Shown here piece after piece: positions 20,057 to 28,392 of a stretch of DNA of 64,000 bases. The DNA is taken from the NCBI GenBank assembly GCA_963800175.1, contig CAWCZS010000002.1, forward strand, positions 2,497,695 through 2,561,694, written 5' to 3'. How positions within the stretch are numbered: the first letter of the stretch is position 1; every line of letters starts with the position of its first letter. The DNA comes from Candidatus Dormiibacterota bacterium (GTDB taxonomy: Bacteria > Chloroflexota > Dormibacteria > Aeolococcales > Aeolococcaceae). Position numbers and translations under genes: made by a program. Under the pieces are notes generated by a model. It searched no databases. It saw nothing but the letters and a program-made list of their open reading frames with translations, and had not been told where the DNA came from.

Positions 20057-21633
20057 CGCCGCCTGCCTCCCGTGTCGCCGGCGGGGACGAGCCCTCGCAG
20101 CGCGGTTCGATCGATCTTGCCCGAGCCCGTACGAGGGAGGGCCTCGACGAGAACCACTTCACGGGGAACCTTGTGAGGCGCCAGGCGCTCGCGGACGAAC
20201 TCGCGCAACGTGTCGGGTGTTGCCGCGGCATCCGGCTTGAGGACGACGTAGGCGCAGCCGTGGACCAGGCCGTCGCGTTCCGCGGCCACCACGGCGCACT
20301 CCACGACATCAGGATGTTCGACGAGGCAGCGTTCGATCTCCGCCGGAGCAACCCAGATGCCCCCGACCTTGAGGAGGTCGTCGGCGCGTCCGCGGTACTG
20401 CATGTACCCATCGGTGCCGCGCTCGACGAGGTCGCCGCTCATCACGAGGTCACGGCCGAAGGTGGCTGCTGACGCCGCCTCGTCCTCCCAGTACATGAGC
20501 GACGCGCTCCTGCCGCGAATCCACAACCGTCCAATCTGCCCATCGGGGAGTGGCTCGCCACCGTCGCCGACGACCTCGGCCTCGTACCCGGGGACCACCT
20601 CGCCGATCGTCCCCGGCCGGACGCGACCGGGTCGGTTGGAGACATAGATGTGGTACGCCTCGGACGAGCCGATCCCGTCGAGCACCTCGACACCGAAAGC
20701 CTCATTCCAGCGATGGTGTAACGGCTCCGGCAGTGCCTCGCCGGCGGATGTGCAGAGGCGCAGGCAGCTCAGGTCCTGGGCCGACGCACTGGGATGGTCG
20801 AGCATCGCCTGCATCATGGTCGGGACGTTGACGAGGATGGTCGGCCGGTAGTACGCGATCAGTTCGAAGAGCAGCTCTGGGGTCGGGCGCTCGGCGAAGA
20901 TGACGCCTTTCGCGCCCACGCCGAACGGGAACAGCGCAGCCAGGTCCCGTGCGTAGCCGAAGAAGAGCTTCGGCACCGGAAGCACGATGTCGTCTGCGCG
21001 GAAATCGAGCACGCCACGCGCATAGCCCTCGAAGCTCACGAGCGGGCTACGGGCGGTATGGACGCACGCCTTCGGCTTGCCGGTGCTGCCTGTCGTGAAC
21101 TTCCAGATCGCGATGTCGCCTTCGGTAACCTGCGCCGGGTCGAGGCTCGTGGCCTGGCGAGACACGAGCGATTCGAACGACACCTCACCATCGCGAAGCG
21201 TGATGCCGTCCGCGTTCACGACGAGGAGCGTCGCGCGCCTGCGACTCGCTGCCGACGCCTCGCGCATCCTGTCGAGCGTGACCCCGTCGACGATCACGAC
21301 AACGGCATCGGTGTAGTCCAGGTAGTACGTGTAGTCCTTGGGCTGCAGAAACGTGTAGACCTCGGCAGTGACGGCGCCGATCTTCTGCACGGCGTACCAG
21401 GACGCGACGAACGCGACTGAGTCGGCGAGTGCCAGGAGGACTCGCTGCTGCGAGCGGACGCCGAGCTCGAGGAGCGCGTTGCCGATTTGGTTGGTGAGAG
21501 CGGAGAGTTCCGCGTAGGTGGCGGTGCCTGCGGGTCCGGTGAGCGCGGCCCGGGCTCCGCGCCCCTGGGCGAGGTTGCTGTCGAGGAAGGCGGTGGCCAG
21601 GTTCAAATCGGCGTCCGTGCCCGAACCGGTCAA
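20053..21633 (-). CDS. Benzoate-CoA ligase family aryl-CoA ligase (2-aminobenzoate/benzoate/salicylate type)
   Basis: AMP-binding motifs are present (WKFTTGSTGKPKA, GIGSSEA, YRGRADDLLKVGG, GKIDR), with a benzoate-CoA ligase-like N-terminus. The listed start is a TTG. Confidence 0.85.
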   Translation of the reverse strand: MTGSGTDADLNLATAFLDSNLAQGRGARAALTGPAGTATYAELSALTNQIGNALLELGVRSQQRVLLALADSVAFVASWYAVQKIGAVTAEVYTFLQPKDYTYYLDYTDAVVVIVDGVTLDRMREASAASRRRATLLVVNADGITLRDGEVSFESLVSRQATSLDPAQVTEGDIAIWKFTTGSTGKPKACVHTARSPLVSFEGYARGVLDFRADDIVLPVPKLFFGYARDLAALFPFGVGAKGVIFAERPTPELLFELIAYYRPTILVNVPTMMQAMLDHPSASAQDLSCLRLCTSAGEALPEPLHHRWNEAFGVEVLDGIGSSEAYHIYVSNRPGRVRPGTIGEVVPGYEAEVVGDGGEPLPDGQIGRLWIRGRSASLMYWEDEAASAATFGRDLVMSGDLVERGTDGYMQYRGRADDLLKVGGIWVAPAEIERCLVEHPDVVECAVVAAERDGLVHGCAYVVLKPDAAATPDTLREFVRERLAPHKVPREVVLVEALPRTGSGKIDRTALRGLVPAGDTGGRRR

Positions 21634-21680
21634 GGTGAAGGCCGATTGCGGCGCGGACGCGGTATCGGTCGAGAAGCGAT

Positions 21681-21815
21681 GGTCACGAGGCGCCGACCTG
21701 CGCGCGGATTCGGTCGAAAAGCGGTGGTCACGGGGCGTCGACCTGCGCGCGGATCAGGTCGACCAGCGGTGGTCACGAGGCGCCGACCTGCGCGCGGATC
21801 AGGTCGACCAGCAGC
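21681..21815. repeat. Three tandem 45-bp copies of the 3' end (including the stop codon) of the creatininase-family gene; a degenerate fourth copy at ~21634-21680
   Basis: The copies are at 21681-21725, 21726-21770 and 21771-21815. The consensus is ggtcacgaggcgccgacctgcgcgcggatcaggtcgaccagcggt. The last copy is the real gene end. Confidence 0.9.
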
Positions 21816-22555
21816 CCGGTCAGCGTCGCCAGCGTCGTCCCTCCCTCTCCGGGAGTCGCCTCCGCGGGGGCGCCGCAGTACGCGCGGTCCATCCCCATGG
21901 CCAGGAAGTCGGTCTGTCCGGCCGCCATCGCCGCCGGCATGTCGAGCTGGTATGCGGGAAGGCGGCGCATCGTTTCCGTCTCGACCAATTCGGGCCGCGT
22001 GGCAAGGACAAGCGAGGTCTCGTATCGCCCGGCGTGGGCGGCCCCGCTCCGAAACTCCGCGGTCAATTGCTCCGCCGTGTCGCGGCGGGTGAGATCGAGG
22101 AACCCCACCTTCGCGTCATCGGCAGCGCGACGGAGGGTCGCGACCTGGGCGGGCTCGAAGTGGCTGTTCACGATGACCTGGTGGCGAAAGCCCTGTGCCT
22201 GCAGCGACGCGCAGACCTCGACGACCATCGCATGCAAGGTGGTCTCGCTGATCGTGATCGCGCCGGTGAACGCCGCCGAGTAACGCGTCACGCCGAAGGC
22301 GATCTCCGGGAGCACGAAAGCGCGCACCACGCGGTCCTCGGCGAGGCTCATCGCCGCCCGCTCGCAGATCGCCGTGGAGATGATCGAATCGGTCCCGAGG
22401 GGGGCGTGAGGGCCGTGCGGTTCCACGGCGCCGATCGGCAGCAGGAGCACCGGCGCAGGACCGGCGTCCAGCAGTGCCCGCGCGCGCGGCGACGTCAGAT
22501 CGGCGAAATGGATCGACGCAGGCACGCTGACGAGGCCACATTCACGACGTTCCAC
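21773..22555 (-). CDS. Creatininase-family amidohydrolase
   Basis: LLLPIGAVEPHGPHAPLGTD, VNSHFEP and HAGRYETS are typical of the creatinine amidohydrolase/MftE fold. GTG start at 22555, or in-frame GTG at 22525. Confidence 0.8.
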   Translation of the reverse strand: MERRECGLVSVPASIHFADLTSPRARALLDAGPAPVLLLPIGAVEPHGPHAPLGTDSIISTAICERAAMSLAEDRVVRAFVLPEIAFGVTRYSAAFTGAITISETTLHAMVVEVCASLQAQGFRHQVIVNSHFEPAQVATLRRAADDAKVGFLDLTRRDTAEQLTAEFRSGAAHAGRYETSLVLATRPELVETETMRRLPAYQLDMPAAMAAGQTDFLAMGMDRAYCGAPAEATPGEGGTTLATLTGLLVDLIRAQVGAS

Positions 22556-22580
22556 ACTTTACAGTTGCGCCCAAACTCAC

Positions 22581-24944
22581 ATGCGAATTGCGGTTGTCGG
22601 GGGCGGACCGGGCGGACTCTACTTCGCGGCGCTCACCCGGCAACTCGATCCGAGCCACGAGATCACGGTGTGGGAGCGCAACGCCGAAGACGACACATTC
22701 GGATTCGGCGTGGTGTTCTCCGACGAGACGCTCGGTGGCATCGAGCACGCCGACCCCGCGATTCACGAGGCGATGTCGCGCGAGTTCGCGCGCTGGGATG
22801 ACATCGATATTCACTACCGGGGGCACGTCATCACCTCCGGCGGCCATGGTTTCGCGGCGATGAGCCGACGGCGACTCCTGCAGATCCTGCAGGAGCGTTG
22901 CCGCGAACTTGGCGTGACGCTGCATTTCAAGACTGAGGCGCCGGCGACACGCGAGCTCGCGATGACGCACGACCTTGTCGTCTGCGCCGACGGCGTGAAC
23001 TCGGGAGTACGGACAGACCGTGCGGCAACGTTTCGTCCGACGCTCGACGTGCGCCGATGCAAGTTCATGTGGCTCGGCACCGACCTCGTGTTCGACGCCT
23101 TCAAGTTCTACATCGTCGAGACGCCGCACGGCGTCATGCAGATCCACGGATATCCATATGACGCAACGGGAAGCACGTTCATCGTCGAGATGAATGACGA
23201 GGTCTGGGAGCGCGCCGGCTTCGCGGCATTCGCGAGCCGCACCTTCGCGCCGGGCGAGAGCGACGTCGAGAGCATCGCGGAGATTCGCCGGCTGTTCGAG
23301 CACATCCTCGGCAGCCATGCGGTGCACGCCAACAATTCGAAGTGGATCAGTTTCACCACGGTGCGCAACGAGTCCTGGCATGACGGCAATGTCGTCATCC
23401 TCGGTGATGCTGCGCACACCGCGCACTTCTCGATCGGCTCCGGCACCAAGCTCGCGATGGAGGATGCGCTCGCCCTCGCCGCCTGTTTGCACGAACAGCA
23501 CACCATCGCGCGGGCGCTGGACGCGTATGAAGCGGAACGCAAGCCCGTTGTGGTCTCGACGCAACGCGCGGCGCAGGCAAGCCTCGAGTGGTTCGAGAAT
23601 CTCGGCCAGTACGTGCACCAGGATCCGTTGCAGTTTGCGTTCAACATCCTGACTCGCAGCCGCAGAGTCACGTACGACAACCTGCGTCTGCGCGACCCGG
23701 AATTCGTGCACCGGGTCGACGCGTGGTTCGCGGGTCAGCTCGAGGTGCAGCACCAGCGTTCGCCGGAGATGACGACACCGCCGATGTTCCAACCGTTCCG
23801 GCTGCGCGACCTCGAGTTGAAGAATCGCGTGATCGTTTCCGCGATGGACATGTACTCCGCGGACGACGGCATGCCCAATGACTTCCATCTCGTCCAGACC
23901 GGTGGCAAAGCGCTCGGCGGCGCTGGGTTGGTGATGACGGAGATGGTCTGCGTGTCAGCCGCCGGGCGCATCACACCAGGCTGCACGGGAATGTATGCGC
24001 CGGAACACGAAACCGGGTGGCGACGCATCGTGGATTTCGTGCACGAGCGATCGACTGCGCGCATCGGTCTGCAGCTCGGCCACTCGGGGCGGAAGGGATC
24101 AACTCGCCTGATGTGGGAAGGGATGGACGAGCCGCTCCCGGACGGGAACTGGGAGATCGTCGCGCCATCGCCGATTGCGTACGCCGCCGCAAACCAGATC
24201 CCACGCGAGCTGAGCCTCGATGAGATGGGCGTGATTCGCGAGCAGTTCGTGCGTGCCGCAGAGGCGGGCGAACGCGTCGGATTCGATCTGCTCGAGTTGC
24301 ACTGCGCGCACGGATACCTGCTCTCGAGCTTCATCTCGCCGATCTCGAACCAGCGAACGGACGAGTACGGCGGAACGCTTGCGCACCGTCTGCGCTTTCC
24401 GCTCGAGGTGTTCGACGGCATTCGCGCCGTGTGGCCGGCGCACAAGCCGATCACCGTTCGAATCTCGGCAACCGACTGGTACCCGGGCGGCAACGATATC
24501 GAGGACGCGGTCGACATCGCGCGCGCGTTTTCCGCGCACGGCGCCGACGCCATCGACGTGTCGACCGGTCAGGTCACCAAAGACGAGCAGCCGGCGTTCG
24601 GGCGTTCCTATCAGACGCCGTACTCCGACCGGATCCGCAACGAGGTGGGAATTGCAACGATCGCCGTCGGCGCGATCTCCTCGTACGACGACGTGAATTC
24701 GCTCGTGCTCGCGGGCCGGGCGGACCTTTGCGCGCTGGCTCGAGCGCATCTGTACGACCCGCAGTGGACGCTCCATGCGGCGGCGGACCAGGGGTATGTC
24801 GGGCCTGGTGCGGTGTGGCCGGATCCATTCAGGGCCGGGAGCCGCAGGCCGCAATCGGGCCGCACGGACGGTCCAAAGCCGAGGCTGCAGTTGATCCGTG
24901 AGGGTGAGGTGCGGACGCGCCACAGCCGCTGGCGGCCACGCTGA
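22581..24944 (+). CDS. Bifunctional aryl-CoA monooxygenase/reductase (2-aminobenzoyl-CoA monooxygenase/reductase or salicylyl-CoA 5-hydroxylase family)
   Basis: 787 aa. The N-terminal half is an FAD aromatic hydroxylase (MRIAVVGGGPGGLYFA, GDAAHTAHFSIGSGTKLA). The C-terminal half is an Old-Yellow-Enzyme-type flavin reductase (LELHCAHGYLLSSFISP). It is divergent from the ligase operon. Confidence 0.85.
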   Translation: MRIAVVGGGPGGLYFAALTRQLDPSHEITVWERNAEDDTFGFGVVFSDETLGGIEHADPAIHEAMSREFARWDDIDIHYRGHVITSGGHGFAAMSRRRLLQILQERCRELGVTLHFKTEAPATRELAMTHDLVVCADGVNSGVRTDRAATFRPTLDVRRCKFMWLGTDLVFDAFKFYIVETPHGVMQIHGYPYDATGSTFIVEMNDEVWERAGFAAFASRTFAPGESDVESIAEIRRLFEHILGSHAVHANNSKWISFTTVRNESWHDGNVVILGDAAHTAHFSIGSGTKLAMEDALALAACLHEQHTIARALDAYEAERKPVVVSTQRAAQASLEWFENLGQYVHQDPLQFAFNILTRSRRVTYDNLRLRDPEFVHRVDAWFAGQLEVQHQRSPEMTTPPMFQPFRLRDLELKNRVIVSAMDMYSADDGMPNDFHLVQTGGKALGGAGLVMTEMVCVSAAGRITPGCTGMYAPEHETGWRRIVDFVHERSTARIGLQLGHSGRKGSTRLMWEGMDEPLPDGNWEIVAPSPIAYAAANQIPRELSLDEMGVIREQFVRAAEAGERVGFDLLELHCAHGYLLSSFISPISNQRTDEYGGTLAHRLRFPLEVFDGIRAVWPAHKPITVRISATDWYPGGNDIEDAVDIARAFSAHGADAIDVSTGQVTKDEQPAFGRSYQTPYSDRIRNEVGIATIAVGAISSYDDVNSLVLAGRADLCALARAHLYDPQWTLHAAADQGYVGPGAVWPDPFRAGSRRPQSGRTDGPKPRLQLIREGEVRTRHSRWRPR

Positions 24945-25005
24945 GCACGCTAACAGGGCATGAGCGCTGACGAGCGAGCGAAGCGCTGACGCGGGGTCGG
25001 GTCGC

Positions 25006-25539
25006 TTACCTGATCAGCTCGCGCAACTTTGTGGTCGTGTTCCAGTTTCGCTGCGTCGCGCGTACGCCGAGCACCTTGTCCCAGTCGGGGAGCGTCGCGC
25101 CCATGACGCCGTTGGGAAGGCGCACGTAGACAACGCGTTTGCCGAATGCGAATTCATCGGGCAGGAACGCTGCGTGGTCGATGCCGGCTGACGTCGCAGC
25201 CGCAGGCTCGGCGCTCAGAAACGCAACGTGCAGCTCGGCGGTGTCCACGCCGGACGCAACAAAGGGATTCGCATCGACGGCGGCCGAAAATTCGTCGGCG
25301 GTGCGCAGAAGCACGGCGACATCCATGCCGAATGTCGCGCGGATGGCTTTCGAAACCTCTTGCTCGAGCGGCTCCGCTTTTCGCTGCATCGACGAGAAGA
25401 CGAGATTTCCGCTCTGCCCCAGAGTGCGCACATCGCCGTTGCCGAGCGCTTCCAGCATCGTGCGCAGATCCGCCATCGCGATTCGCTTGTTGCGGCCCAC
25501 GTTGATCCCTCGAAGCAGGGCCACCCACGTGACCGTCAT
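25006..25539 (-). CDS. DUF1697 family protein
   Basis: MTVTWVALLRGINVGRNKRIAMADLR is the family hallmark. The start overlaps the upstream stop by 1 nt (TGATG). Confidence 0.8.
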   Translation of the reverse strand: MTVTWVALLRGINVGRNKRIAMADLRTMLEALGNGDVRTLGQSGNLVFSSMQRKAEPLEQEVSKAIRATFGMDVAVLLRTADEFSAAVDANPFVASGVDTAELHVAFLSAEPAAATSAGIDHAAFLPDEFAFGKRVVYVRLPNGVMGATLPDWDKVLGVRATQRNWNTTTKLRELIR

Positions 25540-26234
25540 CAAGCCATCGCGGCCGCGACGCATTCAAGAAATCGCGGGCGCTCGCGCATGACAAAGAATA
25601 TGTGGCCCCCGTTGAAGGTCACCATCTTCGAACCGGCGATGCCGCGATGCATGCTCTCTGCTTCGCGCAGTGGAACGACCCTGTCCCGACGTCCGTGGAG
25701 AATCGTCGTGGGAACGTGGATCTCCCCGAGGCGATCCATGCAGTCATAGGCGCGCGACGCCTGGCGTTGGCGCGCGAAGGCGCCACGCTGCTGCGGGTAC
25801 TTTCCGCGAAAGAGCACGCCGGACAGCGTGGCCATCACGTCGACGCGCGATGTGGAGCCGTCAGCCCTCGCCGAGGCCCTGGTGCTGACGAGGATGAGCC
25901 GCGACACCCGGTCGGGGTGATCGAGCGCCAGATTCAGCGCGACGCGCCCGCCCATGGAGATGCCGAGCACGGTGGCGTGCGACATGCCGACGACTTCCAT
26001 GAGCCCGTCAGTGTCGTTCGCCATCATCGGGATCGTGTAGGGGGTCTCGGGTGCGTCTGTGCGCCCCGCGCCGCGGTTGTCGAAGGCAAGCACGCGGCTC
26101 CGCTGGGCAGACCAATTGGTGAGCCACGTCGACTGCGAGATGTCGCCGGCGAGACCGCCGATCAGCACGAGCGGATCGCCGGATCCGTGCACCTCGTAGT
26201 ACATCTCGATGTCACCGACGCGTGCGGTCGTCAT
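25539..26234 (-). CDS. Alpha/beta hydrolase
   Basis: MTTARVGDIEMYYEVHGSGDPLVLIGG..., nucleophile elbow GISMGG, and a C-terminal GGH. The internal start is chosen because the fold begins there. Confidence 0.8.
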   Translation of the reverse strand: MTTARVGDIEMYYEVHGSGDPLVLIGGLAGDISQSTWLTNWSAQRSRVLAFDNRGAGRTDAPETPYTIPMMANDTDGLMEVVGMSHATVLGISMGGRVALNLALDHPDRVSRLILVSTRASARADGSTSRVDVMATLSGVLFRGKYPQQRGAFARQRQASRAYDCMDRLGEIHVPTTILHGRRDRVVPLREAESMHRGIAGSKMVTFNGGHIFFVMRERPRFLECVAAAMA

Positions 26235-26288
26235 AGCTGGAAGTATCTCGCGCCGGCATGGGGCGCCTGTCGTCATCGACGGAGTAAC

Positions 26289-27107
26289 TCAGCGCGAGCC
26301 GGTGGCGCTGTGGCTGAGGTCTTCCTCGATGCCGCGCGCTGCCGCGAGGAGATGCGGGAGAAACTCGCCGCGCACCAGGTCGGCGCTGCCGCGACTCACC
26401 GGTGACGACACGTTGACCGCGGCGATCACCCGCCCGGAAACGTCATTGATGGGTGCCGCGATTGCGCGCAACCCCTCCTCAAGTTCCTCGTCGACGAACG
26501 CCCAGCCCTGGTCGCGAACAAGGAGCAGCTCCGCGCGCAGTGCCGGGATGTCGGTGACGGTGCGGGCGGTGAGGCGGCGCAACTCGACTGTGGCGAAATA
26601 ACCGTCAAGCCACTCATCGCTCTGCCCGGCGAGCAGGACGCGGCCCATGGATGTTGCGTATGCGGGGAACCGCGTCCCGACACTGATCGTGATCGTCATG
26701 ATGCGCCGGGTCGGAACGCGCGCGACGTAGACGACGTCATCGGCGTCAAGGACCGAGACCGACGAGGACTCGCGGAGCACGCTCACGAGGCGCTCAAGGT
26801 GTGGTTGCGCGACCTCGTGCAGGCTGAGGCTGGACAGGTACGCGTAGCCGAGCTCGAGCACGCGCGGACGAAGGGCGAAGAGGCGTCCGTTGCTGCGCAC
26901 ATAGCCCAGTTCCATGAGCGTGCGCAGGAACCGTCGAGCCGAGGCACGCGTCAGCCCGGCCGCTCTCGCCACGTCGCTGAGCGTCAACTCGGGATGCTCG
27001 GCGTCGAACGCGCGGATGACGGCGAGGCCGCGCTCCAATGACTGCACGAAGTCCGTGCCGATCCCACGGTCGACGCGTGCGGTCGTTGGGCGCTCGGAGT
27101 TGGTCAC
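26289..27107 (-). CDS. pcaR: IclR-family transcriptional regulator of the pca operon
   Basis: HTH region LTLSDVARAAGLTRASARRFLRTL plus an IclR effector domain. It lies at the distal end of the pca operon. GTG start at 27107. Confidence 0.85.
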   Translation of the reverse strand: MTNSERPTTARVDRGIGTDFVQSLERGLAVIRAFDAEHPELTLSDVARAAGLTRASARRFLRTLMELGYVRSNGRLFALRPRVLELGYAYLSSLSLHEVAQPHLERLVSVLRESSSVSVLDADDVVYVARVPTRRIMTITISVGTRFPAYATSMGRVLLAGQSDEWLDGYFATVELRRLTARTVTDIPALRAELLLVRDQGWAFVDEELEEGLRAIAAPINDVSGRVIAAVNVSSPVSRGSADLVRGEFLPHLLAAARGIEEDLSHSATGSR

Positions 27108-27177
27108 GGGAGCCTGCCCACGGACTGGCCCTTGCCGCGGTCGTTGAGACGCGCGGTCAGCGAACGCTTGGAGTCGA

Positions 27178-27570
27178 TCACGTCGCTTCCACCTCGGGCT
27201 CGGCTTCAGCCAATGCCTCGCGAGCGATTGCGAAGGCCCGGTTCGCGCGCGGAACGCCGGCATACACGGCTACCTGGAGCAGGACTTCCTTGAGCTCATC
27301 GACCGTCACGCCGTTGCGCCGCGCGGCGCGCACGTGCATCGCCAACTCGTGCTCCGAGCCCTGGGAGGCGAGCATCGCGACAGTGATGCAGCTCCGCGTG
27401 CGCCGATCCAGTCCCGGACGCGACCAGACCGCACCCCATGCGTATCGCGTGATGTGCTCCTGGAGGTCGGCGGTGAACGAGTTGGCGTCTGCGATCGCGC
27501 GATCCACATGGGCGTCGCCGAGGACCTCGCGGCGCGTGGCCATCCCGGTGTCTCGAATGTCGTCGCTCAC
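27178..27570 (-). CDS. pcaC: 4-carboxymuconolactone decarboxylase
   Basis: CMD family motifs are present (ITRYAWGAVWSRPGLDRRTRS, ELAMHVRAA..NG). There is a 4-nt overlap with pcaD. Confidence 0.9.
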   Translation of the reverse strand: MSDDIRDTGMATRREVLGDAHVDRAIADANSFTADLQEHITRYAWGAVWSRPGLDRRTRSCITVAMLASQGSEHELAMHVRAARRNGVTVDELKEVLLQVAVYAGVPRANRAFAIAREALAEAEPEVEAT

Positions 27571-28346
27571 TCCATTCCTCCGTCGAAGTCGAGAAGATGC
27601 TCGAGCACCAGCCGGTTCACGATCTCCGGCTGCTCCACATTGACAAGATGCCCCGCATCCGATACCACCGCAACGCTCGCATCGTGGAACGATGTGCCGA
27701 ACATCACGGCACTCGGCGCCGGCACGAACGGGTCATCGGCGCCGGCGATGATCAAGGTCGGCGCCGCGATACGGTGTATCGCGGTGCGCAGATCACCCGT
27801 TGCGATGGCTTCGCAACAACTCGCGTAGCCTTCGGCGGTCATCTTCGAGAGGGCGCTGGTGAACTGTTCGAGCACCGCCGGATGCTGCTCGCCGAAGGTG
27901 GGCGTGAACCACCGGGCAACGACGCCGGCCGCAATCGGTGGGATGCCATCCGCGCGAACCGCGGCGGCACGCTCGATGTACCGTTCGGACGGCTGCAACC
28001 GCGAGAGCGCGCACATCACCACAAGGCTGCGAATGCGCTGGCGATGGTTCGCGGCAAGCCACATACCGACCATGCCTCCGAGCGACACCCCGCAGAACGA
28101 CACGGACCTGATACCGAGTGTGTCCAGCAGCGATATCACATCGGTGCCCAGTTCCTCGATGGTGTATGGCCCTCGAGGCGCCGGCGAGTCGCCGAGCCCG
28201 CGGTGGTCGTAGAGCAGCAGGGAGAACTCCGCTCCGAGGGAATGCTGCGATTCCCACATCGCTCTCGTGGTGCCGAGTGCGCTGCTCATGACGAGCACCG
28301 GCTTTGTGGCATCGCCCACCAGTGAATACGAGAGCGCAACGCTCAT
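27567..28346 (-). CDS. pcaD: 3-oxoadipate enol-lactonase
   Basis: Alpha/beta hydrolase with GVSLGG. Its position between pcaB and pcaC supports the call. The start is MSVALSY, inside listed ORF 27567..28412. Confidence 0.85.
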   Translation of the reverse strand: MSVALSYSLVGDATKPVLVMSSALGTTRAMWESQHSLGAEFSLLLYDHRGLGDSPAPRGPYTIEELGTDVISLLDTLGIRSVSFCGVSLGGMVGMWLAANHRQRIRSLVVMCALSRLQPSERYIERAAAVRADGIPPIAAGVVARWFTPTFGEQHPAVLEQFTSALSKMTAEGYASCCEAIATGDLRTAIHRIAAPTLIIAGADDPFVPAPSAVMFGTSFHDASVAVVSDAGHLVNVEQPEIVNRLVLEHLLDFDGGME

Positions 28347-28392
28347 GCGCGCGTCACTGCATCGCGCTCGGCGGCCTGCGTCAGCGCAATGC

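Noticed and set aside
21634-21815. Possible CRISPR array, because of regularly spaced repeats
   Set aside because: The repeat units abut directly with no spacers. The last unit is the end of a protein-coding gene, and no cas genes are present. The same reasoning applies to the two repeats at 10384-10466.
21487-22801. Forward ORFs 21487..22092 and 21518..22801 with a striking repeated peptide (RRRPARGSGRPAVVT...)
   Set aside because: The repeated peptide is simply the antisense translation of the 45-bp tandem repeat. The remainder is antisense to the creatininase-family gene.
25539-26276. Treating the alpha/beta hydrolases at 25539..26234 and 51760..52581 as extra pcaD copies
   Set aside because: They share only the generic fold motifs. 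Only the copy at 27567..28346 sits between pcaB and pcaC, so the other two are left as generic hydrolases.
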